The translations under genes and the position numbers were made by a program. Shown here in pieces: positions 20,801 to 32,300 of a stretch of 64,000 nt of DNA (position 1 is its first letter; every line of letters starts with the position of its first letter). Source of the DNA: Zygnema circumcarinatum SAG 698-1b (lineage: Eukaryota > Plantae > Zygnematophyceae); the NCBI GenBank assembly GCA_037447605.1, contig CM074821.1, forward strand, positions 1,984,001 to 2,048,000, written 5' to 3'. The notes below the pieces were generated by a model. That model had not been told where the DNA came from. It made no database searches and saw nothing but the letters and a program-made list of their open reading frames with translations.

Positions 20801-23800
20801 CAGACGACGGCGGAACGCGAGGTCGACCAGAACCTCAAGTTTGAATGGAACCGCGTCCAGGAGGCGGGCCGCCCCCTGCAGCCGCTGGGCGGGCCCGGCT
20901 ACACGGGGCTGGCCAACCTGGGGAACAGGCAGGCCGCCGCTGGAGACCTTGGGAGGGGAATGGCTCGCTGCAGACTGCAATGGGGTGATGGTGGGGAGGA
21001 GGGGGATGACTGACGAAGGGAAGGGTTTGCGCTGTGCAGTTGCTATCTGGCATCGGTCATGCAGGTCGTATTTTCCACAACGCATTTTAAGAGAAGGTGT
21101 GGGACATCTTCCCAGAACCGGTGTTTAGGATTGAGATTGTGTTTGTCAAAGGGTTGATTTGATAGCGTGGGTCCACACAAGAGTAGGGCTAGAGTCGGAA
21201 GGTTTGGGGAGTCTATGTACTGTATGCAGGTGGTCTAGAAAGCTGACCTTTTTGTCAGTGGGTGGGTTCTTGTTGCCATACGGGCACCCTTATGGTGAAT
21301 CGTATGACTCTTTCATGTGGCAATTTGCAGGTATTACGAGGACCTGAAGCTGGAGGAGGCCTTTTGGGCAGCACCTGCAGACCCAACAAGCGACTTCACC
21401 ATGCAGATGTGCGACCACTTCTAGCACAGCCTTTGCTGCATCCACCGTGTAATGGAAATGAGCCCAACAGTACTGACAGGAGGCGTGCATGGCGGGCCAT
21501 GTGCAGGGCAAAGCTTGCGCACGGGCTGCTATCTGGACAGTACTCCCTCCCTGCAGAAGCGGTATGGGCACCTTCTTGAAGCCCCTGGTCGGAACGAATG
21601 TAAACAGTGCTACAATGGGCAATGCTGGTCCGCGAGAGGTCTCACTAAATAAGCTCATGTTGTATGTGACAGGTGGCAGACGATGGATCAAGAAATGGGA
21701 ACAGTGCGGTACTCCTTTTGCCCTTCACAATAACCCTATCATGCTTTAGGTTTGAACGAAAAGTAGTGGGGCTGACAGTCGAAGTCAAGGACTCGCAAGA
21801 TCCCTTTTGACTGCGCGTTTGTGGAGGTGAACCCACCAGGAAAGCATTGCTCCACGCATGTTTAAGAACTTGATTGGACGAGGCCACCCCGAATTCTCCA
21901 CATCGCGGCAACAGGTGAAGAGATAGAGGAAAGATAGAGAGAGGGAGTAGGAGGAGTTGTAGGGAAAGGCCTTCACTTGTCCAGTCTACAATCTACTGCT
22001 GCAAAAACATCAATTCTACGCCACCTCACACAGCCAACAGCCTCCGTGCTGCTGCCACGTGCTTCCTGTACCGCAGGTTGCTTGTTTTCTTTATTTACAT
22101 CTGTCCCCTTGGTTATAAGTTCCGAAAGCATTTTCGAAAAAAGTTCAAGAATAATCCTAGAGGCTCGTGCATGCCCACTGAACGAGCCGGCGAGTGTGGG
22201 ATGCTGAAATGCCGCAAAGGGGTGTTGTGAGGGGTGTTGGGCATTGCAGGACGCACTCGAATTCTATCAGTACCTTCTCGAGCAGGTCGAGCAGAACCAC
22301 AAGGAGCAGAATAGCGGGGCGGGGGGGGACCCTTCTCGCTGCTTTCGGTTCTGTGTGGAGGAACGTATCCAGTGCGGGGCATCGGGGCAAGTCAAGTATT
22401 TGCGCCGCACCGACAATGTCTTGTCACTACCCATCCCTCTCAATGCAGCGGTTAATAAAGGCAAGCACCTGACATCCTCTGTATCGTCATCAGCATGGGG
22501 CCATCGTCTCAACATCCCTCTGCAGGTTTGCGCTGTTTTTTTGACAGGTTGAAGAGTCTCTGTACCTGTATCCTAGCTTTGCAGATTGAGCTTGATACGA
22601 CGGGGTGTGCTGTTGTCCGGGCTTTGCAGACGAGCTTGCAGCGTTTGAAACGAAGCAAAGCGAAGACGAGAAAATGTGAGTAGAGCCAAGTGCTGGTTGC
22701 TTTTTTGGGTTAGAGAAAGCTATTCATTCCCGAAGCTCCATTGCTTCAAATTGCTCTTTAAAAAATCTCTGCTTCTTGTTAAGAAATCAATTGATGAGCC
22801 ATAACACCAAGGGGCACACTTGCCGCCGGGATAAATGTGCCTATTCCCAATGAGGCTCCATTAGCCATATTTAGCCGAGGTTGCTTTTTTCTGCCTGCCT
22901 GCAACAGGACTGAGACAGAAACAGTTCGGCCGCGTGTTCCCCTTCAAGCTTGCCTCGATTCGTTCAGCAGTCCGGAAGAAATTCACGATTTTTACAGCCC
23001 CGCCATCAAAGCGAGGACAGGAGCCGTTAAGTATGGGCCCTCGGAACTGAGTGCAAGGCGTGCTGAATGCTGATTGGCTGCCCACGCAGTGCGCAAAATG
23101 CCAACCCGCTGTTCATGGTTTTGGCTGTGCAGGACGGTGCGGTTAGCATCGTTTCCGGACTATCTTGTGCTTCACATGCGCAAGTTCGTGCTAGCAGAAG
23201 GCTGGGTTCCTAGAAAATTGGGTGAGGATTTCGCATATCCATGGTTTCTCCTCCGGAAGCAGTGGTTGAACATGTTGTGGACTGTTTTATCAACGTTTTA
23301 TGCCAATGGAAGAAACCAGCAAGAGCCTGGAAAGTTTAGAAGGTTCATTGCAAAAGAATTTACCAAAATTAGGGATGTTGCTTTGATGGCTGATGAGCTT
23401 GGATGGGGTATGGGCAGATGTGTTTTTGGATGTGCCCGAAGAGTTGGATCTGACTTCGCTGCGCAGTGTTGGTCGTCAACCGCATGAAGAACTTCTTGAG
23501 GAAGGTGGGGATGAACGACTTGCTCTCTTATTCCTGTGGCCGACCCTTAGGTCTGTCTCACCTATGTCATCGAAGGCTGCTCAATTCTTCGTCGTGAGAT
23601 TTCCAGCACATGCTGTCAACTTGTCAGCCGCCTGATTCGCTGTTTGACGCTTTGGGAGACCCTTGACCTAAATCAGCAATCCTGTTGCCAATGTTTAGAA
23701 AGTCCTTGAAGGTAACGGATCATAACTTTGCAATGGGTGGCTCAAGACCTCTGAATGCTGTGACTGTGTTCTTATTTTTAGGTTTTTTTAAAGTTGGGTT

Positions 23801-25045
23801 TCGTGGAGGGGCTGCAGATGAAGCAGGGGATGGGCGGCACCCCTCCAGCAACCCCCCCGCGGCGAAGGAGGGCATTGTCTCGCAGCTCGTGGACATGGGC
23901 TTTCCGCGGCCGCGCTGTGAGCTGGCAGCACAGCGGACAGCCAATGTGGGCACAGAGGAGGCCATGAACTGGCTGCTGGCACACCTGGAGGATGCAGGTG
24001 GGCGCTCACTGCCTGCTGTGTTGTTGGAGCAAGGGGTTTTGAGTAATGAACTTCGGCATTTTCCATGGAAGGTAGTGACGGTCGCCAGGGTGACACAGCA
24101 AGAGGCTTAGTGAGGCAGCAGGTGGCGCACTGGCTGAGGCGATGCTTTGCCAATGGCTGGTGGAATTGTCTCAAGTGCCTCAATTCACTGTGTGTTCATC
24201 ATCACTCGGGGATTGGTCAGTTGAAGGCAGACTTTGACCGACACCACTGTTCGCTTGTCGGACTGTGTAGAGATTGAGGAGTCCAGGGACTCACCTGTGG
24301 ATGAAGGCCACTTGTCAACTTTACAATCGTTCGGTTTCTCTGAGTTGGCTGCTCGGAATGCTCTGCATGCCACGGTATGACGACATACCCTTCTTCTCCA
24401 TTTTTCATCGTTACAAGTCAAAGCCGAACTCTGTCTCCCAATTCGTCCACAGCATCGTGTTCAGCATCTTCGCTTTCCTCTAGATAAGCTGCTGCATGCG
24501 AGGTCATTGTTAATGTTTGTTTTGAGTCGCAGGGGGGCGATGTGGAGAGAGCGGCCGAATGGATATTCCAACACCCGGAGGAGGCGGAAGCAGTTCTCAT
24601 GGACGGCATCAGTGAAGGCGGAGGAGCGACACATGCAGCACACTCCAACAGCGCTGCAGAGGACGAGAACCTTTCCGACGGCCCTGGAAGTGAGCCCCAC
24701 TTACCCTGCATGTCAATCAGAAGTTCTTTTTGGCGCAAATTGATCAGCGCTAAGTAAATTCAAAAGCTTTTGACGCGGCTGGGCTCCCCCTGCTGCCTGC
24801 GCGGGGTCGCGCTGTGCTTCTGACTGACGGAGAGAGGGATGGAGGGAGGGAGGGCAGAGTATCGGCTGATGGCCTTTGTGAGCCACGTGGGCGCCAACAC
24901 GCAGTGCGGGCACTACGTCTGCCACGTGCGGAAGGACGGCCGCTGGGCGCTCTTCAACGACGCCAAGGTGGCGCTCTCGGGCGACCTCCCCAAGGACATG
25001 GGCTACCTCTACGTCTACCAGCGCGCCACAGCCGATGCTCCATAG
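17899..25045 (+). CDS. UBP14: Multi-exon ubiquitin C-terminal hydrolase 14 (USP5/13 ortholog: ZnF-UBP, USP, two UBA domains)
   Basis: [171 protein letters not shown]. Confidence 0.96.
20929..21039 (+). other. GC-AG intron splitting the Ser codon before the catalytic Cys of UBP14
   Basis: AAC AG|gcaggc...gtgcag|T TGC TAT restores the invariant GNSCY box. No GT donor can do so without disrupting it. Confidence 0.85.
22461..22629 (+). other. Second GC-AG intron in UBP14
   Basis: AAT AAA G|gcaagc...ttgcag|AC GAG CTT restores the conserved NKDEL..F; strong AG|GCAAG context. Confidence 0.8.
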
Positions 25046-25973
25046 CATGTCGGAAGCCTGCTCTCACTCATAGCACGCACCCGCGTCGAGGGAGGCGAGC
25101 AGGCAGCCGCTGCAGGCGTGTGCTGTTGCAGCAGATGCTCGTCCTGAGCAGATAGTCGGCGTCGATAACATTCACTATCACGCTTGGGACCGTGACAATC
25201 ATCTAATCTGAAAATGCCTTTGTGACATCTGTCAGTTTGTCCGTCAAGCTCATCTGCCGCATACCATACAGCACTAGCAGCCACAGCAGCTCGATGTTGA
25301 GAAAAAGAGAGGCGAGGCGGATAGAGGAAGAGCCACCACAGCACCGCTGCATGCAGTGCAGTGTAGTACCGCGACGTGGCTGCGCTTGCTTTGATTTATA
25401 CAGCACAGAGCAAAGTGCGGAAAGCCAAAACCAAACTTGAACGAGGCGAGCCCTAAAGTGAGCGTACTCGGGCTTGCAAGAATGCTCTCCCTCAGAGATG
25501 CATGGATGCTGCTTTGTTTCCCTTTCGGAAAGAAAAGGACGAGCTTTTAGTAAAACAAACACCTTGAACACTCGGGCATCGAGCTTTGGGGAAGGTTTAC
25601 TAAGCTGCTCCGATCCAGCAAAAATCTTGAATAACATGGATTCCACGCAGTGGATACATTTTTTTTTTTTGGTTAGAAGAAAATGATCGACAAGCCTATC
25701 AACCCTACATAAGGCGACTCATAACTCTACGAGAACCTTTACGTCGCCCACAGGGTCAAGGTTAGCAATAGCTCTAGCAACCAGAGAATTGTAGAGAAAA
25801 CAGATGCATGACCAATTAGCAATGACCAATGCCCACTGCTTGCAGACCCATAATCACTTCGCTAAACTTCCACAAGCCTGACTGCGGTCCCTGGCTGCAG
25901 CAGCGCGGCAGACTGCACACCTGCACATGCGCGCAAGGCAAGAAATAAAGAACGTGCAGGACAAGCAATTCCG

Positions 25974-27281
25974 TCAGAGCAGCACAAGGCCGAGCTCGGA
26001 CGGCTGCAGAGGCTCCTGCAGGCGGTAGTTGTAGAGGTAATAGTGCAGATGGCCGTCACCCGGACCAAACTTCAGCTCCTTGAGAAAGCTCGGATTTTGC
26101 ATGATGTCCAAGGCGTTGAACACATCGTAGTCTTTGCGCTTTGCCACAATCAGCGCATCGTTCATCAGCTGAAGCAAGGGCGTCGCTGTGGCAACATTGT
26201 AGTACGAGTATGCCGCCTTCAGAGTGGAGTATGTTTCATTGCCAATAACGGACGACGGCAGTGTGTAGAAGCTGCAAAGGTCTGTGATCTCATGAGACTC
26301 AGGATTTTCAACGACCAACGAGTCCACCACCCCCTCTTGCGGCATGAGCAGATGCTCCACCTCTGCTTCACTCAATGATGGCGCCACAATGAACTGGGCC
26401 AGATATGCTGTGAGCAAGCGAGTCACTGCGGGGACATCACACCGTTCCATGGGCCGTAAACCAGCAGTGGCCGTCTCCTCTGGCAGGCGGTAAAGCTTGA
26501 TTGTGCGGCTCATGGTCATGCGCCGCCCAAGACGCGAAAAGCCAACCTCAATGAGCTTCTTCGGGTTGAGAGAACGGTGCCAATACTGACAGGTAGCAAT
26601 TGGGGTGGGCAACACCACACCTGCTGTGTACACCGCTTGCCACATGTTTTGCAAGTGCACTCGGCGGGTTACTTCTTTGATCAGTACAGGAGCAAGGCGC
26701 TTAGACCTTAGCTTCTTGTGCACACAAAGGAAGTTAATCTCGGCCACCTTCACCAGCTTGTCACGGACTCGCATGACAGCAGGGACTCCTGTGATGAATG
26801 CCACCAGCTTCCGGGAGCCTCGAGCTCGAACTCCCACATGCCACTCTTTACAGTAGCCGGGAGGTTTAAGTGCCCAGCGGAGAAACTCTTGTGAGTAATC
26901 AAAACGGAACATGTTGTCATCGTCCTCCACATAATTGTTTGTGAGTAGTGTGTACACCTCGCGCGCAGCCTCATCATCGTCGATATCGCATGTACTCCAT
27001 TCATATGCTGACGGTAAGTTATAGGGCTCCTGCCGTACACTAGCGAGGTCCTGTGGAGGTTCTATTGGCCCTTCGGGCAACCTCGTGCCCTTCTCATGAT
27101 ACTGTCCCACAGGCTGGGTCTCCCAGAATGCATGGCGCTTCTCGTCTAATGCAAGTGCCTGAGATCTCTGGCTCAAACTGCTGATACTCCCTTCCAGGCC
27201 ACTTTCATCTATCTCACCAGATTCTGCCTGGTGCCCCTTGTCCGCTGCAGAATTCCCTGATGCGACATCCGGCCTTTCCAT
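25974..27281 (-). CDS. NMT: Glycylpeptide N-tetradecanoyltransferase (N-myristoyltransferase), uninterrupted 435-aa CDS
   Basis: HAFWETQPV; [19 protein letters not shown]; [23 protein letters not shown]; AVYTAG; [17 protein letters not shown]; DVFNALD; [16 protein letters not shown]; C-terminal GLVLL. Confidence 0.98.
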   Translation of the reverse strand: MERPDVASGNSAADKGHQAESGEIDESGLEGSISSLSQRSQALALDEKRHAFWETQPVGQYHEKGTRLPEGPIEPPQDLASVRQEPYNLPSAYEWSTCDIDDDEAAREVYTLLTNNYVEDDDNMFRFDYSQEFLRWALKPPGYCKEWHVGVRARGSRKLVAFITGVPAVMRVRDKLVKVAEINFLCVHKKLRSKRLAPVLIKEVTRRVHLQNMWQAVYTAGVVLPTPIATCQYWHRSLNPKKLIEVGFSRLGRRMTMSRTIKLYRLPEETATAGLRPMERCDVPAVTRLLTAYLAQFIVAPSLSEAEVEHLLMPQEGVVDSLVVENPESHEITDLCSFYTLPSSVIGNETYSTLKAAYSYYNVATATPLLQLMNDALIVAKRKDYDVFNALDIMQNPSFLKELKFGPGDGHLHYYLYNYRLQEPLQPSELGLVLL

Positions 27282-29304
27282 GATTTCCCCTAAAAGTGTC
27301 TCAATATCTTAGTGCTGCAATTGGATGTCCGATTTATGCTCGTCCACTTCACCCAAAGATAGACAAACAACAAGGGCAGGTAAACAGTGAGCCACAGTGC
27401 TATACATGGATGACAGCTCGATGGCGACGCTCAGTGAAGCAAATGACGTAAGCAAAGGGCTTACAAGCTAAGACAAGAGAACACGCCCATTGACTCGTGT
27501 CATCCTGGTGGAGGAAAGACGTTAGCTACACCAGAGTACGTGGAAATCTACCCTCCGTACAAGGACACGTATAGACCTTAGCCTTAGTGCATATGCAGAC
27601 CTACACTTGCTCCCTAATTTAAAACAGCTTCCCGAAGCAACGACACAGCAAAGACAACAAACTCTTAAGCAACTGCAGTTATTTAGAGGTAGAGCTATGC
27701 GGATGTTGCAGACCACCATAGATGCCTCCGCATTGAAGTCAACATTCAAGTGGTTAGGTTGAACTCAGTCAATGCCATCATGATGCCATGTTAACGGTCA
27801 GACATCAAAAAGCGTTTCCCAGTTTTAAGTGGAGCTGTAGTTCTCATGCAAACACCTAAATACCCTCCAGGGAGAATACAGGCATTGAGATAAAGAGCGT
27901 CCACATGATTGAAGACCTGCAAAGGCCTTTCAATCACTATCGCCGCGTTGAACGCATGAAAGGATGGGATGAATCCATTTCGAAGATCCTCCAGGGCCTA
28001 ATTACTATTGTCTCCACATGAATGCCGCACTTTTTCATTCCTTTTAAATTTTTTAAAATTTCCCCTCGTCAAGCTTGCTTACACAATGTATCACGCTCTT
28101 GTTCACTCAGTGGAAACAATTTACTGAAAATAAATCTACTCCATAAGTGCTTTTCTGGCTCAATTCATCAGTTAGGCTAACATTCCTGATTCGTATTCCA
28201 TCAATAGTCAAGTAACTGCTGAAATGATTCCGCTATTGTTCATAGATTGCAATCAACCCGAAACCCCGTACCTACATCCAGAAACTCCTTAATTTAACTC
28301 AATGCTTGTTTGGTGTTTGTTTAAAAGGTATATTCCACTTACGTCTCCCAGTCTTTACTGCATACGCCAGTCAACACGGGGCAAATCTTGATGCAGGGTT
28401 GGATTGGGCAAGACCTCAAAATGGCGAAACAAGTTGAATCAATTGCCTTTGCTTCAGATTTTTCCAGTATCGCTTGTAGAAAAATCCAGACCACAGAAGG
28501 ACACGAGTTGCAAAGGAAGCGAGCACCAACTGACCATGTAGCAGCAGCAACATTGCATATGAACAACTGCATATGGATTGATACTACAAATTCCAGCGCT
28601 ACAGAGAGAGATTCTCACCCAAACTGGATAACGAGTGCAAAAATGAATGATCTTTGAGAAAGAATTTGGTGTTTCCTCTCCTTTCTTGAACGCACTACCA
28701 CTGAAAAAGGCTTCATCGAAATTCCGGTGTCATCTGCCAACACAACGAAAATCTTGTAAAAAAGGCATTTCCTACCACCTCCACGTAGCAGCATGGCAAG
28801 AGCGCCGCAGAAGGATAGCACAGATTAGACGAGCGTTTAGGCAAGCCTCACAATCACGAAACCAAGCCATGAGATGACACGAAGAGCGGCCAGAAGGGAA
28901 GCAGCGCTCTGCATGTCCCTGCGCGGGGTGAGGCTGCTCACCAGACGGCCATCTCGCACACAGAAGACAGCTGTCCGCCTGCGGCACTAACGGCATCTAC
29001 TGCTGCTCCTGCTTGCGTGCGCGCCTGCAGAAGGGAGTGAGGAGAGGGAGCGGGAGGGCCCTCTTCTTCCAGCCTGTGGCAGTTAGCGGGTCTGCATTGG
29101 CAGTGGGGGTGCGGCCTCCGCAGCCATGGCCAGCTGAGGCACCTCGGGCTGCGGAGGCGGAGGCGGAGGCGGGAGGAGGGAGGCGTCGACGGAAGGAGTC
29201 CGCGCGGCGGAGACCGAGTACGAGCGGCCGAGGCCGAGGGCGGAGGGAGGGAGGTGTCCATGGCCGCCTCGGCCTCGGCCTCAGCCTCAGCTGGGTGACA
29301 CTTC

Positions 29305-32300
29305 ATGGCTACGATGAAGCGCGGTGCGGAAGGCCTGCTCACGAGGGCGAAGGTCAAGAAAGGTCGCCATGGAGGGCTGGAGAGCGCACAGGAGATTTAC
29401 AGGTGCTTGCCTTCCGATGTTGTTGCAAATGTTTTTCTTTAATATTACAGAGCCTATGCTGCTAGTCGTTGTTTTTTATTATGTTTCTGGATTGTTTTTC
29501 CCTACCTTAGGATTTTATGGAATCATTTTCCTGGTGCATCTCTCATATACTTGCGCTTCGATCAATTTCTTTGTGCCTGACAGGCGAATTGGAAGCTCGG
29601 GCATTATTTCACCTGAAGACCAGGTGCGGTTGTTCCATTTGGACATGCCTGTTTGTCAAGGCTGCCGGGTAAACACGAAGGATAATCCGAACTGTTTTTG
29701 TGGAATTATTCCACCTCCAAACAGCGCTCGTAAGCAGGGCCTTTGGCAGAAAGTTCCAGAAGGTGTGGCAGAGCTTGGAGCCGATCCCTCCGAAATTCTT
29801 CGCAGCAGCGTAGATCCCATCGGGCTTGCAAATCTCGGTGCAACCTGCTATGTCAATTGTGTGCTGCAATGCCTGTACATGAATGCGGCCTTTAGAAAAG
29901 GCGTTTTCTCAATTGAGCCTGAACTTCACCAAAAGCATCCTGTGCTCCACCAGCTGGGAAAACTCTTTGCGGAGCTGCAAGTGGGAGTGAGGAGTTTTGT
30001 AGACCCGACGGAATTTGCAAGCACGCTCCAACTGGATAGTGGTGTACAGCAAGATGGGCAAGAATTCATGAAACTCTTGTTGAGCCTCTTGGAAACAGTT
30101 CTTGAAGAATCGAACAATAGTGCGGTCAGGAACCTCGTCCAGGACTTGTTTCGAGGAACCTTTTCCTATGTGACGAGGTCAGTGGGAGATCCCATGAATG
30201 CGGGGCTACCAATGAAAAGAGCTTCTGGTGCTGTATTGTTTGGGATTCTCATGATGAAACAGACCTCGACAGCCGTGTGTTTGGTGGCAGCACAGCGGCT
30301 GTCTGATTGTTGGGGCCATATAGTACTAGTAAGTGGCTGAAGAGCCTTCGTGCAAAAACCTTGATTTTTTCATGCAGGTGCATGCAGTGTGGGCGCGAAT
30401 CAGACTCCTCTAAACAGATCGTGGCCTTTTATGAACTGGAGGTGAACGTGCAAGGCTTCTCAAGTCTCATTGAAAGCCTGGATGATTACTTGAGTGAGGA
30501 AAAATTAGAAGGAGACAATCAGTATAGTTGTGAGTATTGCCAAGCGAGAACAGATGCTACAAGAGCTGTAAAGTTGCGGACTCTTCCTCCGATGGTCAAC
30601 TTCCAGTTAAAAAGATTTGTCTTTAACTCGAAGGTATTCACCCTTGTCGCCGCCGAACACTGTTCTATTCAGTTTCTTCATTATGGGTGCCAGTAACTTA
30701 GATGATGTGTAGTGACAAAAGAGCCAAAACCAATGTTCTGCAAGGTTGAGAAATTCCATGAATAACTGTTGCTATCCTGAGAGGGTATCCATTGTCCTTG
30801 TCAACCATGTGATGAAAATTTGTGGGAAGGGCTTGTCGGTGGTATTTTTCAGACTGCAACGAAGAAGAAAGTTACTTCACGTTTCTCATTTCCGCTATCA
30901 CTGGACCTGAGCTTAAGAGCTATCAATGATGGCGGATCTGTAGAGGAGAGGCCTGACATCTGTGGACTGAAGGGTGCAAAGAAGATGGCATGGTATGATC
31001 TCACTGCCATCCTTGTGCACAAAGGCAGCATGGCCACTAGCGGCCATTACGTTGCGCACATCAAGGATGACTCGGGGCAGTGGTGGCAGTTTGACGATGA
31101 AGTAGTAGCCAGCCTTGGATGCCATCCCTTGGGAGAATCTGCTGGCTGTAGTTCTACATCGACCCATTTGGAAAACGGAATCACTGTGCTTGATGACGGT
31201 GGTGGTGACAGAGATCAAGAGATTGATGCGAGGGAGACCAAAATCCATAGAAAACCTAGCGGATCAAGCACCCTTGAAGAGAATGCTGGCGGTGAGTGGG
31301 GCCCACAGGGCCTAGGGGTTCGTAATGGGGATCCACATGTGCTTACATCTGCGGATGCGTACATGTTGATCTATAACCGGAGAGATATTCAAGGTCAAAG
31401 GGGTGGTGCTGCTAGTGATCAGCGCCAAAGCTGCAAGAACAATAATGAGGATGCGGACATAGACGCTCTTAGGACACAGCAGATTCCAAGTCATTTGCTA
31501 CAAGAAGTCAACGAGAAAAATGCAGAGTTCAGGGCAGCTTGCCAACAATATTCGGAAACGAGAATTGCAGAAAAGCAGCGAGTCGAGGAAAGAAGGGAGC
31601 AAGTACGCCAAGTGCTGGCAATGGCTCCAGTTGGAGAAAAGGATCAGGCATCGTTCTGGATTGCATTGCAGTGGCTTAAAGCTTGGGCAGACGACTCTAA
31701 ACCTCCGTAAGGATCATGCTCCGCTTGATATAGTCTGAGGAAGGAAAGTTTACCTCTTTTACATGAGCCTACGATGGATAAAATGGGTGCCACTGGTGTT
31801 TGTACAAATAGCTGCATTTAAGAGGGAGAGGATGGAAACGAGCTTGAGCCGAAACAATGCATGTAGCTAATTACTCTCTCAGGAAATTTTGAGAATTCAA
31901 GTTATGTCGTGCTTGCTCTCTTTTTCAGAAAGTCTATTTGCAGTGAGAGTGCTTTTGGTGAATTGCATCCCTTCAGAGAGTTCTCTTGTTCTCGAGAATG
32001 CATACATGCAAACGCTTCCTGTTTTGAGTTTGAGGCTGGAACTTTTGCCATTGTGGCTGCTTGTTCTCCTCCTGAGGAATTGTCGTCTGTCTGTGAAAAA
32101 GCAACCGATTTTGTTCATTTTGAATCTTGCTTGTTGGTCGTCTACAGATTAGTGATATAGTACAGGGAAGTATCACGCATTAAAATCTAAGGTGAATTTT
32201 CTGGTTCCACTTTGAGATGTGTTTAAGCATTACTATTCTTGAGCCATCCCTATTTGGTTTGTTTTCAGAACTGGTTTGTCTTGTAGCCTTTGTTCATTTT

